Virus record (IMG/VR): IMGVR_UViG_3300034104_003795
Coordinates: 62,001-126,000 of that record
Reading direction: 5' to 3' (one strand)
DNA: 64,000 nucleotides
Under the pieces are notes generated by a model. That model was not told the origin of the DNA, searched no databases, and saw only the letters and a list, made by a program, of their open reading frames with translations. Each line of letters starts with the position of its first letter. Position 1 is the stretch's first letter. Below are positions 61,857 to 64,000 of the stretch, in pieces. Position numbers and translations under genes: made by a program.

Positions 61857-62548
61857 TATTTATTTTTTAAAAAAAGACAATCACCCCACTCTTTACCAGT
61901 ATCATGATACTCTTTAAGTTCAAATCCATGTGGTTTTAAAAATTCAATCAATTGTTCTCTAGTACAAGAACCTTCAAATCTTATTTTATCCTGTGTTTCT
62001 AACATAATACAATCTAAATGCTTTAATACTTCGGTAGCTCCACTTAAAACAATCAACTCAGCACCTTCAACATCCATATTTAAGAAATTGTAAGTATTTT
62101 TATTTTCAACCAATTTATCTAATGTAATGGTTGGTACTTCAATTTCAGCAATATGTTCATACGGTACCCAAGATGAATCTCTACCCCACTCATTGATTTT
62201 AAAAATAGAATCAGTACCACCATCGTAGTTACTCAAATTAAAAGTAATAACACCATCTTCTTTATCGCTAACTGCGTAGTTATATGCTTTGTATCCTTTT
62301 AGAATTTGGGCTTCACTATCGTTAAAATAAGAATATGTAAGTGGTGAACACCAAGTAACATATCTACCGGTATTTAATGATTCGCTTAAATTGCTGAATC
62401 TAAATGGATTTGCTTCAACGAGTATCACATCTTTTATACCAGCTTTTACATAAGCTAACGTTTCACCGCCTTCATGTGCCCCAACGTGTAGAACACCATT
62501 TATTTTAATATTGTATTTTTCTAACAATTGGTTAAAATCTAACATCAT
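61856..62548 (-). CDS. FkbM family methyltransferase
   Basis: LHVGAHEG, VEANP, ITLD, MDVEGAEL.VL.GA, WGD.LF. Confidence 0.9.
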   Translation of the reverse strand: MMLDFNQLLEKYNIKINGVLHVGAHEGGETLAYVKAGIKDVILVEANPFRFSNLSESLNTGRYVTWCSPLTYSYFNDSEAQILKGYKAYNYAVSDKEDGVITFNLSNYDGGTDSIFKINEWGRDSSWVPYEHIAEIEVPTITLDKLVENKNTYNFLNMDVEGAELIVLSGATEVLKHLDCIMLETQDKIRFEGSCTREQLIEFLKPHGFELKEYHDTGKEWGDCLFLKNK

Positions 62549-62559
62549 AGTTTATAAGT

Positions 62560-63936
62560 TTATTTATTGTAATTTTCTAGGTAATATTTTAAATCTTCAG
62601 GTGTACCTAATCCCCACATTTTTTCAATATTGAATGTTTTTATTTTTTTACCATCACCAATTGCTTCATTGAAAACAGGACAAACATAGAATTCATTATT
62701 TACTCTTATATTTTTATTAATCATTTGTTCTGCATACTTTACATAATCAGAACCTTTAGCCCAATAGTAAACACCAACAGTTGCTATATCTGAAATTGGA
62801 TTCTTCTCTTGTACTTCGGTTACATAACCATACTCATCCACTTTAGCAAATGACCATTTAGGATGAGTTGAATGAAATGAAAGGATACCACCATCAACTT
62901 TTTGTTCAATCATCTTATACATAAACTCATTTGAATCCCACTCTATAAATTGGTCAGAGTTTGCCATCAATAAAGGTGCATCGGAATCAATCAATTCTTT
63001 TGCCAATAGAGTAGTACATGCTGCACCTTCTGTCAATCCATCAACTTCCACAATCTTACAATTAGGCGTAATTAAGTTTAAAAGGGTATCCAAGTTATAC
63101 TTCTCTCTATGTGATTTCTGAACTACATAGATAAATGTAGCATCTATGTTTAGGTTATCAACTACAACCTGAATCATTGGTTTACCTTCCACATCAATTA
63201 GTGGTTTAGGGAACGTATATCCGGCTTGTTGAAATCTAGTTCCTGCACCTGCCATTGGGATAAGTACGTTCATCTTACCACCTTGCCATTTTGGTTTACT
63301 CATAACTTTCTTTTCGTTTAATTTGTTTACTATTTTTTCTAATGTCAAATCATGTGGATTATCTACTCTCAAAACATTTGCTCTACTTCTACTCGCAGCT
63401 AACAAACCGGGTGGTGAATCTTCTACAATTAACGTTTCTTCTGGTAATACACCCATCATACTCATAGCCTTCCAATACATTTCAGGATGTGGTTTAGAGT
63501 TCTTTACATCCTCATTAGAAAGGATTAAATCCATATACTCAATAAGTCCTATCTTTGATAACATAACCAATACAGACCTTCTAATTGAATTTGAAGCACA
63601 TGCTAATTGATAACCTCTATCTCTCAACTCTTTGAATACCGAAACCAATACATGATTAGTTTGTAATTGGGATATTGCCTCAATAGTTAAGTGTTGTTTT
63701 CTATACCAAATTTCATCATAGAAATCGGTATGTAACCCTTTATTTTTAGTAAGCATTTCAAGCTTTTGAGTTGTCTTTAATCCATCGTATATTGATAGAT
63801 GTTCAGCTTCGGTAATTACATAAGAATTACCAGTTAGAATTTCGATTTCTCTCAATGCCTGGTTTAATGTATTGTAGTGTATTTCTTTTGCTTCAACTAG
63901 TACACCATCTAAGTCAAAGATAATTAATTTTGTCAT
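62560..63936 (-). CDS. HAD phosphatase / sugar-phosphate nucleotidyltransferase fusion
   Basis: N-terminal DLDGVL..SNS..KPHP..EDS; C-terminal IPMAGAG.RF..PKPLI, TEGAA.T, NSDQ, LGTPEDL. Confidence 0.88.
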   Translation of the reverse strand: MTKLIIFDLDGVLVEAKEIHYNTLNQALREIEILTGNSYVITEAEHLSIYDGLKTTQKLEMLTKNKGLHTDFYDEIWYRKQHLTIEAISQLQTNHVLVSVFKELRDRGYQLACASNSIRRSVLVMLSKIGLIEYMDLILSNEDVKNSKPHPEMYWKAMSMMGVLPEETLIVEDSPPGLLAASRSRANVLRVDNPHDLTLEKIVNKLNEKKVMSKPKWQGGKMNVLIPMAGAGTRFQQAGYTFPKPLIDVEGKPMIQVVVDNLNIDATFIYVVQKSHREKYNLDTLLNLITPNCKIVEVDGLTEGAACTTLLAKELIDSDAPLLMANSDQFIEWDSNEFMYKMIEQKVDGGILSFHSTHPKWSFAKVDEYGYVTEVQEKNPISDIATVGVYYWAKGSDYVKYAEQMINKNIRVNNEFYVCPVFNEAIGDGKKIKTFNIEKMWGLGTPEDLKYYLENYNK

Positions 63937-64000
63937 ATTACCAAATTCCTCTATCAAACGGGTTTATATTATATTCTTCAAAAATAGGATTTAATTCGGT

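Noticed and set aside
49-63610. Plus-strand ORFs in the track
   Set aside because: All are antisense shadows of tightly tiled minus-strand genes, with no recognisable motifs and no plus-strand promoters seen.
1-64000. Stop-codon recoding (alternative genetic code)
   Set aside because: Genes tile densely under code 11, recognisable proteins appear full length, TAG and TGA end genes cleanly (e.g. 4041, 1522), and there is no suppressor tRNA.
1-64000. Bacterial chromosome, prophage or IS elements
   Set aside because: The single-strand, small-gene organisation with isolated metabolic genes is typical of a large lytic phage. No integrase, transposase, att site or terminal-repeat element was seen.

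Overview
This is a 64 kb, AT-rich, gene-dense segment of a large lytic dsDNA phage (Caudoviricetes, probably jumbo-type). Essentially all genes are on the minus strand. The host is almost certainly Bacteroidota: there are 20 near-identical TTTG-N19/20-TAnnTTT(G/A) promoters, AT-rich translation starts without Shine-Dalgarno motifs, and a phage bS21 gene. From left to right the window holds: (1) 0-17 kb, small early-type hypothetical genes in promoter/palindrome-delimited cassettes; (2) 17-24 kb, SET protein, flavin halogenase, glycan and nucleoside-salvage genes; (3) 23.2-30.1 kb, an RNA island with 26 tRNAs covering all 20 amino acids, a ~170 nt giant tRNA-like RNA, several unexplained structured RNAs, a ~860 nt GOLLD-like RNA and a tandem promoter/small-RNA array; (4) 30-64 kb, auxiliary genes (heme oxygenase plus bilin reductase, SpeD, IscA/IscU, FolE, MoxR/VWA, APS kinase, bS21, glycosylation cluster). 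The most striking observation is a candidate ribosome-coupled attenuator directly in front of the tRNA array. Its 53-codon leader ORF uses all 20 amino acids and codons for 25 of the 26 encoded tRNA species before reaching a perfect 10-nt antiterminator, which suggests a general sensor of tRNA depletion. No tools were run. Protein and RNA family calls come from motifs recognised by eye, RNA structures were folded by hand, and RNA coordinates are good to a few nt.
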